Part shown: positions 21,740-33,721 of the stretch, piece by piece
Layout of the letters: the number at the start of each line of letters is the position of its first letter
How positions within the stretch are numbered: position 1 is the first letter of the stretch
Assembly (NCBI GenBank): GCA_013265495.1
Contig: MU058717.1
Coordinates: 177,890-241,889, forward strand
Origin: Vicugna vicugna
Taxonomy: Eukaryota
DNA: 64,000 nt
Reading direction: 5' to 3'
The notes under the pieces: generated by a model
Databases searched by the model: none
The model's input: the letters and a program-made list of their open reading frames with translations, nothing else
Told to the model about the DNA's origin: nothing
Translations under genes and position numbers: made by a program

Positions 21740-24445
21740 GTAACCCCAGGGGACCCGCGCGGGGCGGGGCGGGGCGGGGTGGCGGGGGTTGGGAGGAGGA
21801 GGGAGTGGAAGTCCTGTTCCGGGAACAGGGGCGCGACCGACCCCGGGGTCCCTGGCCAGGTCGAGGCGGATGGAACCAGATCAGCCCGTGCCCTCCCTCC
21901 CTTGGTCCCGGTGAGACGAGGGCGTCGGGCGTCGGGCGTCGCTGAAACGCAGCCGTTCTGAGGGCAAGTCCCCCACCCTTATCTGGATTCATTGCTCGGG
22001 TGTATGGCAGACTTCCGGGACGCACCGCGGGACGTTGTTCCGGGACCTTGTTGTCTGAGATCAGGGGACCTGGTTCGAATTTTCCTGCTGGCTGGCTTTA
22101 GCTGAGGGGCAGCCCGGGAGTGTCGAATGGGCTGGGTCCCAAAGCCTGGGGTTCTCATTCGTACCAGAGTCCCTATCCTGGGGCCTCCCCCAGCCCTGGG
22201 GGAAGGACTTGGGACCCCTAGCAAGACTCCCTGACGTCCTCTGTCCAGGTGGAAACGTTCCAGGTTTAGGAGAACACCTAGCCCACCTTGAAGATAGAGT
22301 GTAAGCTTAGGAGAGAAAAGGTTCTCTCCCAAGCTCACCCCGGCATCCCTGGCCGGGCAGGAGCCATAACTCAAGGGACTCCTGTTTACCTGAGTGGTTT
22401 GAAGAAGGTCAGGACCCCGCCCAGAGCATCCCTCCTCCTTCATCTTTAAAACACAGTTTTCCACTCGAAGGACGGTGAGAGAGGGAAAGTGTGTGAGGCT
22501 TGCCTGTCATAAAAAAGACTCGCCGGAGCTCAAGACTGTCCAGCAGGCCATGGGGGCTCCCGTCAGAGCAGGAAGTGGCCTTAGACAGCTTGGAATCTGA
22601 GCTGCTCATTTTCAGAGGGAAAAACTGAAGTCTTAGAAGCGGGGATATGACCTGGGATCCCAAGGTGTTGGGGTTACTGGGGTCTTCATCCTGAACAGAG
22701 AGAGTGCTGTTCTCTCTGTTATTTCACTGAAGCTGCCCACAGAGGCTGGGAAGGTTTGTAATTAGGGAGCTGAGACACTCACCAGCAGGGAGGTGGGGGA
22801 TGGGGAGATGGAGGGAGTATGGGCCCATCAGGGGCAGCCTTGGGTCTGGAGGCCTCTATCCTGGAGCAGAGGGAAGAGCATCAGGTGGACGCTGGGAAGG
22901 AAAGCAGGAGACAGAGAGACAGATGAGAGAGGAGGAGGGCGAGAAAGGAGTCTCTGCTGTTCCCTGGTCTCAGATGGACAGACTGAGGCAGGAAGAGGGC
23001 CAGGGCCAGGTGGCCTCCTGAACTCGAATCCAAGCTGTGGGTCCTGAGCAAGTCGCTTTACCTCTCTGAGCCTCTGCTTTCTCTCTGACAAAATGGGATA
23101 GAATCCCAGATGTGGTAGGATCGACACGAGGCTAAATGAAATCACACACGTGAAATGTCTTAGGAGAGAGAAGACCGTCCATACACAGCGGCTTGTTTTG
23201 TCAGTAACCTGCCCCCGATGCCCTGCTGTCCTGGGGCAGCTCGGCATTGAGCGCTCCTGCCCTTCTCAAGGGACACGATGTCTGTGTGCCAGGAGGGCAG
23301 CACCCCTGTCCTCTGCAGCTCATCATCCAGTTCTGTGCCTGTTTGACAGTTGGCTAAGCTTGCTTCTGAGGCTTCTGGGGTTGGAGCCCAGCTCCTTTCT
23401 CCTTACCCTGTAAGTAGTGCACAATGTGTGTGTGTGTGTGTGTGGACATTGGAAGGCTGGGCTCAGGTCTTGGTTTTACTGCTGATCAGCAGTGTGATGT
23501 TCAGTGATGCCTTTGCCTCTCTGGGGCTCACTTTCCTCCTCTGTGGTAGGACAGGGGTAGAAACCTCCTCTGAGAGATTTGATGCGGAGATTAAAGGAGT
23601 TATGGATTTATACAAAGAGCACTGTAACTGGCACATCTCTGCAGTGTGAGCTCTGTGTGTATGTGTGTGTGTGTGTGTTAGAGAAGGATGCTCGTCTGCG
23701 GGTGGATGAGTGATGCAGGGTCTTGGTGCTACATGGTTGTAACTGGGAGTGAGTATACAGGAGTGAGTGGAGAGATTGTGGGTGTGGAACTCCTCACACA
23801 TGCACTGCACTTTACAGTATACAAAGCAGCAGAATACGTGGTGCACAGACCTGAAGCCAGATTCCTGGGTTCAAATTCTCTCTCTACCCTGTATGATTTT
23901 AGGTAAATTGCTTAATCTCTCGGATTTCATTTTCTTCATCTGCAACAGTTCGTTTCCCTTTCTTTTAGGATTATTGTAGGACTAGATTTGCCAAGTGCTT
24001 AGGATAATGCCTGGCACATAGAAGGAGCTGATTGTTAACAGCTGTAATTACTCATTATTACTATTATTACAAGGGACTTAGACTTCGCAGGGAGAAGATC
24101 TATGTGTATGCTGCCTCCACTGCTTTCACAACAACCCTGTGATGTGACACTTGAAGACACTGGGGCTCTGGGAGATTTCTGGCCTCAGTCCAGGAAGTTA
24201 GGAAAAAGCAGAGCTGGGATTCAGTCTGAGGTCCTTTGATCCCAAAGTTCTAGGAGAGAGAGCAGGAGGAGAGGGGATTGTGGGTGATCTTCCAAGATCC
24301 CCTGAGATCTAGTCCCACTCCCTGAGATCCATGCAGGCAGGCAGCTCTCCTGTTTGTGAATCCAGGTGGGAGGTCATGCTGTGGAGATGCATTCATCTCC
24401 CTGCTTCCCCTGTGCCCATGCTCCTTAATTCCTTTTTCTACCCAG

Positions 24446-24597
24446 AAAAGAAGGGTTCCTGCCCTCAGATCGACCTTGCCTTCCCCCAGCTGGGCTTCTG
24501 TGTGAACAAGTGCCAGGAGGACAGCCAGTGTCCCGGCAATATGAAATGCTGCCTCAATGGTTGTGGGAAGATGTCCTGTGTCACACCTGACTTCTGA
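24446..24597 (+). CDS. WFDC2: WFDC2 exon 3, WAP domain 2 and stop (125 aa total)
   Basis: [49 protein letters not shown]; donor follows the stop. Confidence 0.95.
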
Positions 24598-26573
24598 GGT
24601 AGGTGGCCAGGGTGGGGGTGGGGAGCATTGATGCCCAGATGTGATCGCACCTGCAGGAGGTTAAAAAGGAGGACCTGAGTGACCACACTGCTGTTCCCTT
24701 ATCTTTCCTTTGATTTACTTTCCTCCACTCTACAGATATTCATTGAGCATCTGTCACGTGCCATACTCTGCGCTAGGTGCTAGGGATGCTCTGTGAGTGA
24801 AAAAATCAGACAAAGATTTCTCTCTGATGGGTTTCATCTGCTAGTGAATGATAAACAATATAAATAAGCAAGTGTATTCTGTATAATGTTAGAGGGAGAC
24901 AAGTGCTCTGGAGAAAAAGAAAATAGAAGGCGGATAAGGAGTGAGGGTGGGGTGGGCAGGGAGTCGTGCTGCAAGTTTTTCATGGGACAGTGTGTGAGGG
25001 CCCCTCTGAGAAGGCAGCATTGAAAGAGGCTTGATGGAAATGTCGGAGGGAGCCGTGAGCATATCGGGGGGAATGTACAGGCAGCGGGGGCAGCAGGTGT
25101 AAAGCAGGAGCATCCTTGGTGAATTTCACGCAAAGCCAGAAGACGGGAGCCCAGTAGCAAGGAGAAGTCAATAGAGGAGAGGGCCAGAGGGCTCAGTGGT
25201 TAGTGGAGGGACCTGATAGACCATGTAAGGCCTTAGGTCTTGACCCAGAGATGTTGGGTCCTTGGAAATGGACATGCTCTGACTTAGATTTAAAAAGATT
25301 GCTCTGGCTGCTGTGTGGAGACCATGGAGGGGCAATGGGAGAAGCAAGTAGACCATCCAGGAGGCTCCTGCAAGAGGCCAGGTGGGAGATGACAGACCAG
25401 GTGACATACATGGCTGGGCTTGGGACATATGTGAAGGTAGGTGGGACGATATTTGGTGGTGAATTGGGCTATGAGAAGATTTACTCCCTTTTCCCTTAAC
25501 ACCCATGTAAAGAAGTCAGCAGCTAGAGGAGCAGCTGTGTCCTTGGAAAGGGGACAGTGGCCAGGGAAGCAGGGAGCTCTTTGCATGGCCAGTGTCAGGC
25601 AGAAGAGTTGATCTTTACTTTTGCCAAAAAGCTTGGCTTTTCAGGACACATCTGGGAGCGATCAGTTCATTTCAGTTCAGTTTCTCAAATGCGTGTTCGA
25701 AGTGTGCTGAGCACTTACCCCGTGTCCGGCAGGCCTACCTGCAGCCACCTGGAGGGGCTCTGACGCTGGCAGGAAAAGACGGTGGAGCCTCTTTCTCCCC
25801 ATATGTAATTTAAAATAAACACATTAAGTCATAAAGTAAGTGTGAAAAGTAGAGAGAAAGAAAAGTCAAAGCCCGTGCTTCGTCGGCCCACTGGGGGATC
25901 CAGCCCCGGGCCACCGGCTCTGTGCCCGGTGCTGGGACAGACGGTGACGGCTGCCCTTCCTCACCGAGCTTGCAGCCCAGTGGCTGAGGTGGACAGATGG
26001 ACAGATACTCCCTGTACCTGTAGTCAGCGCGGCAATGGAGACAAGGGCTGGGTGTGGTGGGGACCCAGAGAAGGAAAACGTCACCCAGGTGGAGGTGGGG
26101 AAGGAGGGAGCAGGCTTCCCAGAAGGGACCCTGAGCCAGTCTGGGAGGATGAGGCAAGGGTCAGCAATCTGCTGAAGAGGTGGGGAGGCTGTTTCAGACA
26201 GAGGGAGCAGGACAAAGCCCTGGGAGGGCCCTTTGGTTGAAATCTCATTGTTAATCGTGTGCTACTTTTGATAAGCTCTCAGCCAAGGGACTGGCAGGTC
26301 AGTGATGGAACCACTATTGTGTGGATGTGAAGACGGAGACCCAGAGAGAGGGGAGGATGTGCCCAAGGCCCCAAGGTTGCTATTTCAATGCAGCCACGGT
26401 CTCCATAGGGTCCAGAGCTCTCCAGTGACACCAGCCGTCTCTTGGCCTCCACGAATGTCAACAGCACATGCTGCCTTTGCAGTTAGGAAGGTCCAGACTC
26501 AGATTTCAGCTCTGACACTTAACTAGCCTTTCCCTGCTTCCTGAGCTGCAAATATTTTGCTTATAATGGGATA

Positions 26574-26672
26574 GGGGGAGGGAAATAGCTCAGTGGTAGA
26601 GTGCATGCTTAGCATGCACAAGGTCCTGGGTTCAATCCCGAGTACCTCCATTAAAGAAAAAGAAAGAAAGAA
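26574..26672 (+). mobile_element. tRNA-derived SINE (Vic-1-like)
   Basis: GGGGGAGGGAAATAGCTCAGTGGTAGAG...GGTTCAATCC with A-rich tail. Confidence 0.85.
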
Positions 26673-27024
26673 AGTGGAATAAATAAGATCTTTTTGATCA
26701 GCTAATCCCAGCTTAACCTAAGGAATGGGGGCATGGTGGACCTTCTTGGTGGTGGAGGAATTCCTAGGGAGATAAATCACAGTGGCCCCTCAGGAAGGTC
26801 ACAATGGTCAGTGGGGACCGCGGTTTACCCAGGTGTGTCCTGGGATGGTCTGAAGCAGAAGAGGTCTGCAGGTGGGGCCCCAGGGCATCAAGAAGTTGAG
26901 GCTTTGCTGGGGAGGGGAGGGGGGTGGGAAGGGATGTGGTGGAGTAGGGGGAGCTTTGGTCCAGAATTTAAGCTGCAGGCATGGAAATTGTTTGGATGGT
27001 ATTATCATGGTTGTCTTCCTCCAG

Positions 27025-27190
27025 CTCCAGCCGCCACAGCCCACAGCGTGAGGAGCAGGGGAATGGAAGTTTCTGCCTGACCCTGTCTGATTCCAGCCCA
27101 GCTGCCCTCCTCTTTCTGGCCTCTGCACTCCCTCCTGAGCTGACCACAGCTGCTTCTTTTCCCAACCAATAAAGTGACCGCTTCCAGCAC
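27025..27190 (+). other. WFDC2: WFDC2 exon 4 (3'UTR) with poly(A) signal
   Basis: tcttcctccag acceptor and AATAAA at 27168-27173; fits the known 4-exon layout. Confidence 0.75.
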
Positions 27191-27989
27191 TGGTGGAACT
27201 GTGGCCTCTGTTCCTATCACTCTGACCCATTGCCCCCGTGACTTGGGGTTGAGGTGGGGGGTTGGGGGTGGAAAGAGGCGACCAGATCATCCAGGCACCA
27301 GCTCTGGGGAGAGTTCATCTCTGACAAAGTGAACATACATTCAGGGCTCAACTGGTGGGCAGTAGCAGGTGAATCCGCCCACCAGCCTTGTGCAGTTGTT
27401 GGTTATTCTCCCGGGGTGATGGAAGACAGAACTGGGGCTCAGAGAGATGGTGGAATCTTTCCAAAGTTGCTGGGATTCATTGCTGGGGCTTCTGCTGACA
27501 GCAGCAGCACGTACTGTGTGCCGGATGTGGGGCTGGGAGATTAGCGTGGGAGATCTGTGTCCGCAAAACCACTCTTGGGATAACTGATGACCCTCAGAGT
27601 AGCTGATGACAGTTACACGTTACAGGCTGGGACCCCACCAAGTTACTTGCTTAGGGCCACACAGAAAGAAGGTGGCAAAACCAGGGTCCTTTGTTGTAGT
27701 TGTTTTTTAAATCAAACCATTATTTTGTATAAATAACATTCACGTGGACCAAAATTCAAAAGGTGAAAGAATACAAGACAAAAACATCTTCCACGCTTGA
27801 CACTCTGCCTCCACCCGCAGCCACTCTGTTAATTTCTGTGGAGACGACCGATGCTGTCCATTTCTTGTGTCTTCTTTCCAAGACTGCGCTCCAGCTCCCT
27901 CCCTCTCTTCTCTTCTTTGTGTCCCCTCTCCTTAGCCCCCCTATTTATCCCTTCTTTCTATACCTATTTTCAAATTCTCATCCATCTCA

Positions 27990-28140
27990 ACTATGTTCAA
28001 TATCTTGTAATAACCTTTAATGAAAAAGAATATGAAAACGGATATATGTATGTATATGCGTGACTGGGACATTGTGCTGTACACCAGAAATTGACACACT
28101 GTAACTGACTATACTTCAATTAAAAAAAAGAAAATTAAAA
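27990..28140 (+). mobile_element. Short L1 3' fragment
   Basis: L1 3'UTR tail with poly-A; TSD AAATTCTCATC(C/T)ATCTCA. Confidence 0.75.
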
Positions 28141-28370
28141 AAATTCTCATCTATCTCACCTTTTTACATGAATCGTAGTACACTGCACACGTTGTGTCAT
28201 ATTTTGCTTTTTTCGAACTCAATATATCTTGAAGATCACTCAGAGCATAAAGAATTTCTTCATTCTTTCTTAGATGTATAATGTTCCATTGTTTGAATGT
28301 ACAAAATTGATTTAACCACAATTACACGGGTGACTTCAGATTGCTTTCAACCTTTCACAGGCCTAGATTT

Positions 28371-28829
28371 AAAAAAACAATTTTTCAAAATTTATTTTTA
28401 GAATATGTTTATTTTTATTGAAGTCTAGTCAGTTTACAATGTGGTGTCAATTTCTGGTGTACAGAATGTTTCAGTCCTACACATACATACATATATTCAT
28501 TTTCATATTCTTTTTTGTTATAGGTTACTGTAAGATACTGAATATAGGTCCCTGTGCTAGACAATAGATATTTGTTGTTTATCGATTTTATATATAGTAA
28601 GTAGCATCTACCAATCTCGAGCTCCCAATTTATCCCTCCCCCTCTTCCCCCTTGGTAACCTTAAATTTGTTTTAAAAGTCTGTGATTCTATTTCTGTTTT
28701 GTAAATAAGTTCATTTGTGTCTTTTTTTTAAGATTCCACATATAAGTGATCTCATATGGCATTTTTCTTTCTCTTTCTGGCTTACTTCACTTAGAATGAC
28801 GATCTCCATTTTTTTATGGCTGAGTAGTA
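28371..28829 (-). mobile_element. 5'-truncated L1
   Basis: Similar to 1057-1514; TSD ACAGGCCTAGATTT on both sides. Confidence 0.8.
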
Positions 28830-30056
28830 TTTACAGGCCTAGATTTGAACCTGAGTCATCCGTCAACACCAGTGTCCCAGGCTGGTTCTACTGCAGTGAT
28901 TTCTCACTTTAATCCCTGCGGGGTGGACCTAGCCTCTGGGGTGAGGAGGAAGTAGAGCAAGGAAGTCCTGGCAGTGACTCTGGCCCCCCAGGACATGGTT
29001 TATGCCCTTCCCTGTTCCTCCGTCCTCCGTGGAATGTGAAAGATTAGGGTAGCTTGAGTGGGGTTGTCTGGAGGGAGAAAGCTTGGTGGCCTGGAGTTTG
29101 GCCAGCTTTATCTTTCTCATCCTCTGCTGGTTCCCTGCCCCTAGACCTTGAGCCAGGCAAGAACCAAGGGCTTCTCCATCCATCCCCCTGGGGATACAGG
29201 TGGGCGAGTCTCCTGGATGGGAGTGCGGGTGCTCAGTGCATAACGCTACTCTTAGCCATAGATGGCAGCAGAGCTTTTCTCCTAGCTTTCCTTTTTCTGG
29301 TTTCTACCTCTGTCCTCTGCTTTCCGCTTCAGTCTCCCCAGCCCTTCCAGGCAGAAAAACAAAAGGCATCCTCCAGTGACGGGCTGGGTAGATATGTTGG
29401 GGAATAAATGTGTGGCTACCACCACCTCCACTGCCTGCTTTCCCCGTGTTTGCATTCTGAAAGAGAGCCCTGGGGCAGGGCGTGTCTAACTCTGGGAAGG
29501 CAGAGGTATGCCTTTTGTATGCCTGCCATTGTTTTGTCCCTCAGCACCCAAACCACAAAACAGTATTACTCGCTTGGCTCCTTTCCAAGAGCCCACGTGT
29601 GCCCACAGACTCTTGATGGGCTAGTTCTTTGTAGCCGAAGCACAGCAGTGCTGTTTTGTCTGGGAGGGTGGCTCCCAGGGCTGGGAACGCTGGTAAACTG
29701 CTGCCCCCTGGAGCTCAGGACTGGGTCTCTTCCTCCACTCACCTTCTCCCATTTCCAGTAGCCCACTGCTTTGCTGTTTCCTCTAAACCCCGTCCCCAGT
29801 CCAGAGGGCTGTGTGTGGTAATACCTGTGTAGAGCAGACATCTGTTCTGCAGGAAAGTGCAGGTTGGAGGTTGGAGGGCTAATAGGAGGTTACGTAGGAG
29901 TGAGCCGGAACTTAGATGAAATTCTAGACAGACCAGTAGAAGACAGCCCAGCCCGAGGAATAAGCAGAGGCATTCGCTCATTCAGTAAATATTTATTGAG
30001 CACCTACTGTTCTGGTTTGGGGGAGGGGATTTGACATCAAGGAGGTGTAAGGGGGG

Positions 30057-30110
30057 GTGTGTGTGTGTGTGTGTGTGCGTGTGCGTGTGCGTGTGTGTGT
30101 GTGTGTGTGT
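30057..30110 (+). repeat. (GT)n microsatellite with GC interruptions
   Basis: Read directly. Confidence 0.9.
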
Positions 30111-30250
30111 ATAGGGTTGGGGGAAGAGTCAATAAACGAGTGAATCAACATATGTGTAACATATCAGGTGGTGGAAAGATTATGGCGAACTCTAAAGCTG
30201 GGTAAGAGGACTAGTGGGTCTAGGGGATGAGATAGAGGTGGGGTTGGTGG

Positions 30251-30629
30251 TGAGAAGGAAAAGACAGGCTCGGCTAACAAGCTAACTTGTAAATCTAACT
30301 GTAACAAGTGTCGGTTTGCTGATTCCCTGCTCTTTTTTTTTTTTTGGCTGGCCAGCTGGATTTTCAAAGAGACGTATCTGGCCTTGAAATGTTGGTTTGC
30401 TGCCTCCCTGCCTCTACTTCTGTGATAATGATGCTGCTAAAGCTGTTCCATGCCTATTGGCCGAATACCCCAAGCTTGTAATTAACTCTGTAAAACCTCA
30501 TGTACACGTCTTGGAGGTGCTCAGAACTTCAGAGCAGAAGCCCCTCTGAGCCTGCCGGTGTAATAAATCTGAGTACTCCAACCCTCCGAGTGGTGCTTGT
30601 TTCTTGGCTGGCCTGTCGTTTTCGTAACA
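30251..30629 (+). mobile_element. Solo LTR of the same ERV family
   Basis: TGAGAAGGAAAAG...TAACA; R/U5 closely matches the proviral LTRs; perfect 4-bp TSD GTGG (30247-30250, 30630-30633). Confidence 0.92.
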
Positions 30630-33564
30630 GTGGCTTTGAAGAGGGTATTCAGGGGAGATCTTTTCTAAGGTAACATTCAAGTCATGAGCTAAGTGCAGAC
30701 AGAGATGATCCACGTAAAATCCATGGGCAGAGCTGTCCAGACCAAGGTCAGAGTGTCCTCTGGGGGCTGGAGGTGATGCATGGTCAGAAACACGAGGGGA
30801 GATGAGGTTGGAGAGGTAATGTGGGCACAGATCCGGACAGTCCTGTGGTCACTCAAGGACTTTGCCTTTTATTGTGAGGAATTTAGGAGGAGTTTGGGCA
30901 GAGTGCTGACATCATCTGACTTACATTCGAAAAAGATCCCTCTGGCTGTTAGATTAAGAATAGACTCTGGGGGTGATGTGGAAGCGGGGAGAGCATTTAG
31001 CCTATCCAGCAGGGCATGGAAGAAATGACTTCGTGTGGCCTCTTCATCTGCTTGTACCAGGCCCCCAAACTGGCAGCCCTAATGCACCTGCAATTTGGGC
31101 TGGACCAGCTGTGATGGTTCTGCATGTCCTGTCCATTGATGCAGCTTTAGGAAATCAGCTGGTGAAATAATCATCTTGCAAACACAATGAATACTCCCCT
31201 TCCTGCCCCCGTTGATAATTCGTGGGGAAAGTGAGAGGGTGAGGAAGACATGAAAACAGCAATGGCTGAAACACGCTAGCCCGCCATTCAGTGGGGCAAT
31301 CTGTTGGCGAGGCTCTGGTTTGTTTAGCTATGAAAGGTGGCACTTGGCGGGGGCTGCAGCATCCTTCTCAGTCACAGAACAGCGTAGCATCAGTGGGTCC
31401 TGCCTGCAGAGCACAGAGGTCCTAGACACAGAAGTCTTCGTATGTCCCCCGCCCCACACCCTGGGGCTGGGATATCAATCCCAAGGAAGCCCAGGGTCCA
31501 GCCAGAATTAAACCTACTGGGGTGAGTTCATTCCAGAAAAAGATGGGACCTTCTAGAGCTACCGGACCCCCATGGTTTGTAGCCCTCACATCTTGAACAC
31601 CACTCGGGAGATTTTTCACCAAGTGAACGGTCCAACACCTGTGGTTTACTATGGGTCAGGCTTAGGCTTAAGATTATGGTTGAGATCTCACCAAGGGAAT
31701 AAACAACGGAAGGCAGCTGCCCTTGGCTGTCAATCTCAGAATAACAACCCTCCCTAATGAAGGGTTGGGGGTCCACTCTGCAGGCCAAGCTCCAAGTGGT
31801 GCCCACAGGACCTCCTTAGCCAACCTCCAGGGAACAATCGACATAGACTCATGGGTAGACACCTGGTAGGCTGAGTGATTTGGAGGGTAGAATTTTTTAG
31901 ATTGGCTCACTCATGAACTCTGTTATAGGGCCAGAGACTCTGGTTAGAAGGAGTATAAACTTTCCAACAGATTAATGTCTGACTTAGGCATGTGCATGCT
32001 TATCACAAGGACTGTTCTCGTTGGTCTCAGGGAATTCTGTTCAGCTGTTGTACGCATGTAGATTTGCCCTGTTATTTCTTTTCCATTTGCCTACAGTTTC
32101 ATGGGATGCTCAGTCCCACACTCCTGGTAATTCTGATGTGATTGGGGTGATTTATTCTTGACCTTTTTTCTTTTTCAAGCTTTATTTTATTCTTTTCTTT
32201 CGACTTTTAACTCTGACATAATTTCAGGCTGAAAGAAAAGTTGCAAGAAAAGTGCCAAGATTTCCTGCAAACTCTTCACCTACATTCATCAAATGCTTAC
32301 ACCTGACATTTCTTTAATCTTTTTCCCTTTCTCTCTGTCTTCATGCACACACAAACCACGTGCATTACATTTTACTGGGGCACGTGAGGGTAAGTTGCAG
32401 ATATCCTAAATACTTCAGTGATGTTTCTAAAATAAAAGACTTCTCTTAAATAAGCAGAGTGCAATAATCACATTCAAGAAATTAACACTGAGATGGTACT
32501 GTTATCTAATGTACAGTCAGGATCAACGATCTATGTTATGGGGCACAGAGCTAAATGAAAATGTGGCATCCTCTCCTCAAAAAGCTGGGAGAAACATGCC
32601 ATTAAAGGGGCACATATGTAAAGCTTTTTCCTCTCTTGTGGAGTCTTTCTAGACCTGTCACGGTGCTTTTTGTTAATGCTTTAACATCACTCTTCCGCAG
32701 GCAGGGGGATACTCGTGGGGACAGCGCAGACCCTCAGAGGTGCCCAGGTCCCTGCCCTGCTGCTTGGTGGTCCATCCTGCTGCTGGATTCTCCTTCCACC
32801 AGCTACCAGACTGAAGCTCTGTGCCCCGGATGGGGGTGGGGGAAATTGAGCTCCGCTTTCCACAGTCCCGTGGATTGGGTCATCTCCAAGGGATTGCAAT
32901 CTCTATGCTGGGATGTGCCTGGGATCTGAATCAGGCGTGGGTGGGAGGTTAACCCCTTCCCAGTAGCCTCCTGAATGCACCATAATGCCACCAACTCAGG
33001 ACAGGGACAGTGGCTGCCATAGGCTTCCCTGAAATGTCACGGGGTGTGCACACCTAACCCTGAGCTCTCTGTACTCATGCTTCCACCAAGAGTGGAAGGC
33101 AATGGAAGATCGTGGGCCTCCCCACTAATACAAATCAATTGCTTCCCCAGGCATAGGGTGACAAGGCCGGGGGCAAAAGCAGAAAGGAAGGGGCTGGGCT
33201 AGGCCAGGGTACCAGGGAGTTGAGAGTGGGCTGCAGAGAACCCATTCCAGGGAGGCAGCAAGAGGAGGGACAGCTCTTGAGCCAAGGCCTCAAGCCCCCA
33301 GATCATACTGCATCCTCTTATTAGTCTTCACTTATAAAGTACAAATTTAAGGGTAAAGTTATTGAGAAATTCAAGACAGTGACCACAGACCGTCAACCCC
33401 AGGTACAGAGTCCAACTGAGTCCAAAGCGCTGTGTGACTTGGCTGCACACCCATGAAGTCTACCTACCCATCTAATTCAGATTTCACCAATTGTTTCAAT
33501 AACATCCTTGACAGCAAAAGAAAATTCTGGATCCTGCATTGCCTTCAATTGTCTTTAATCTTCT

Positions 33565-33721
33565 TCTTCTTCTTCTTCTTTTTTTTTTTTTTTTTTGGAT
33601 GGGGTGATAATTAGGTTTATTTATTTATTTATTTATTTATCTATTTTAATGGAAGTCCTGGGGATTGAACCCAGGACCTCATGCTTGCTAAGCACTCTGT
33701 CACTGAGCAGTACCCTCCCCC
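33565..33721 (-). mobile_element. tRNA-derived SINE (Vic-1-like)
   Basis: SINE head and tail; TSD TCTTTAATCTTC. Confidence 0.85.

Larger units (their letters stand above)
20830..22050 (+). promoter_or_regulatory. CpG-rich WFDC2 promoter / CpG island
   Basis: High GC and CpG content, GC boxes (CCCCGCCC), TTAAAT about 50 nt upstream of the ATG. Confidence 0.7.

Noticed and set aside
21303..22025. 240-aa - strand ORF
   Set aside because: Stop-poor CpG island antisense to WFDC2 exon 2
26574..26650. tRNA-like sequence
   Set aside because: Has an A-rich tail and at least five similar copies with TSDs in the window, so it is a SINE and not a tRNA gene
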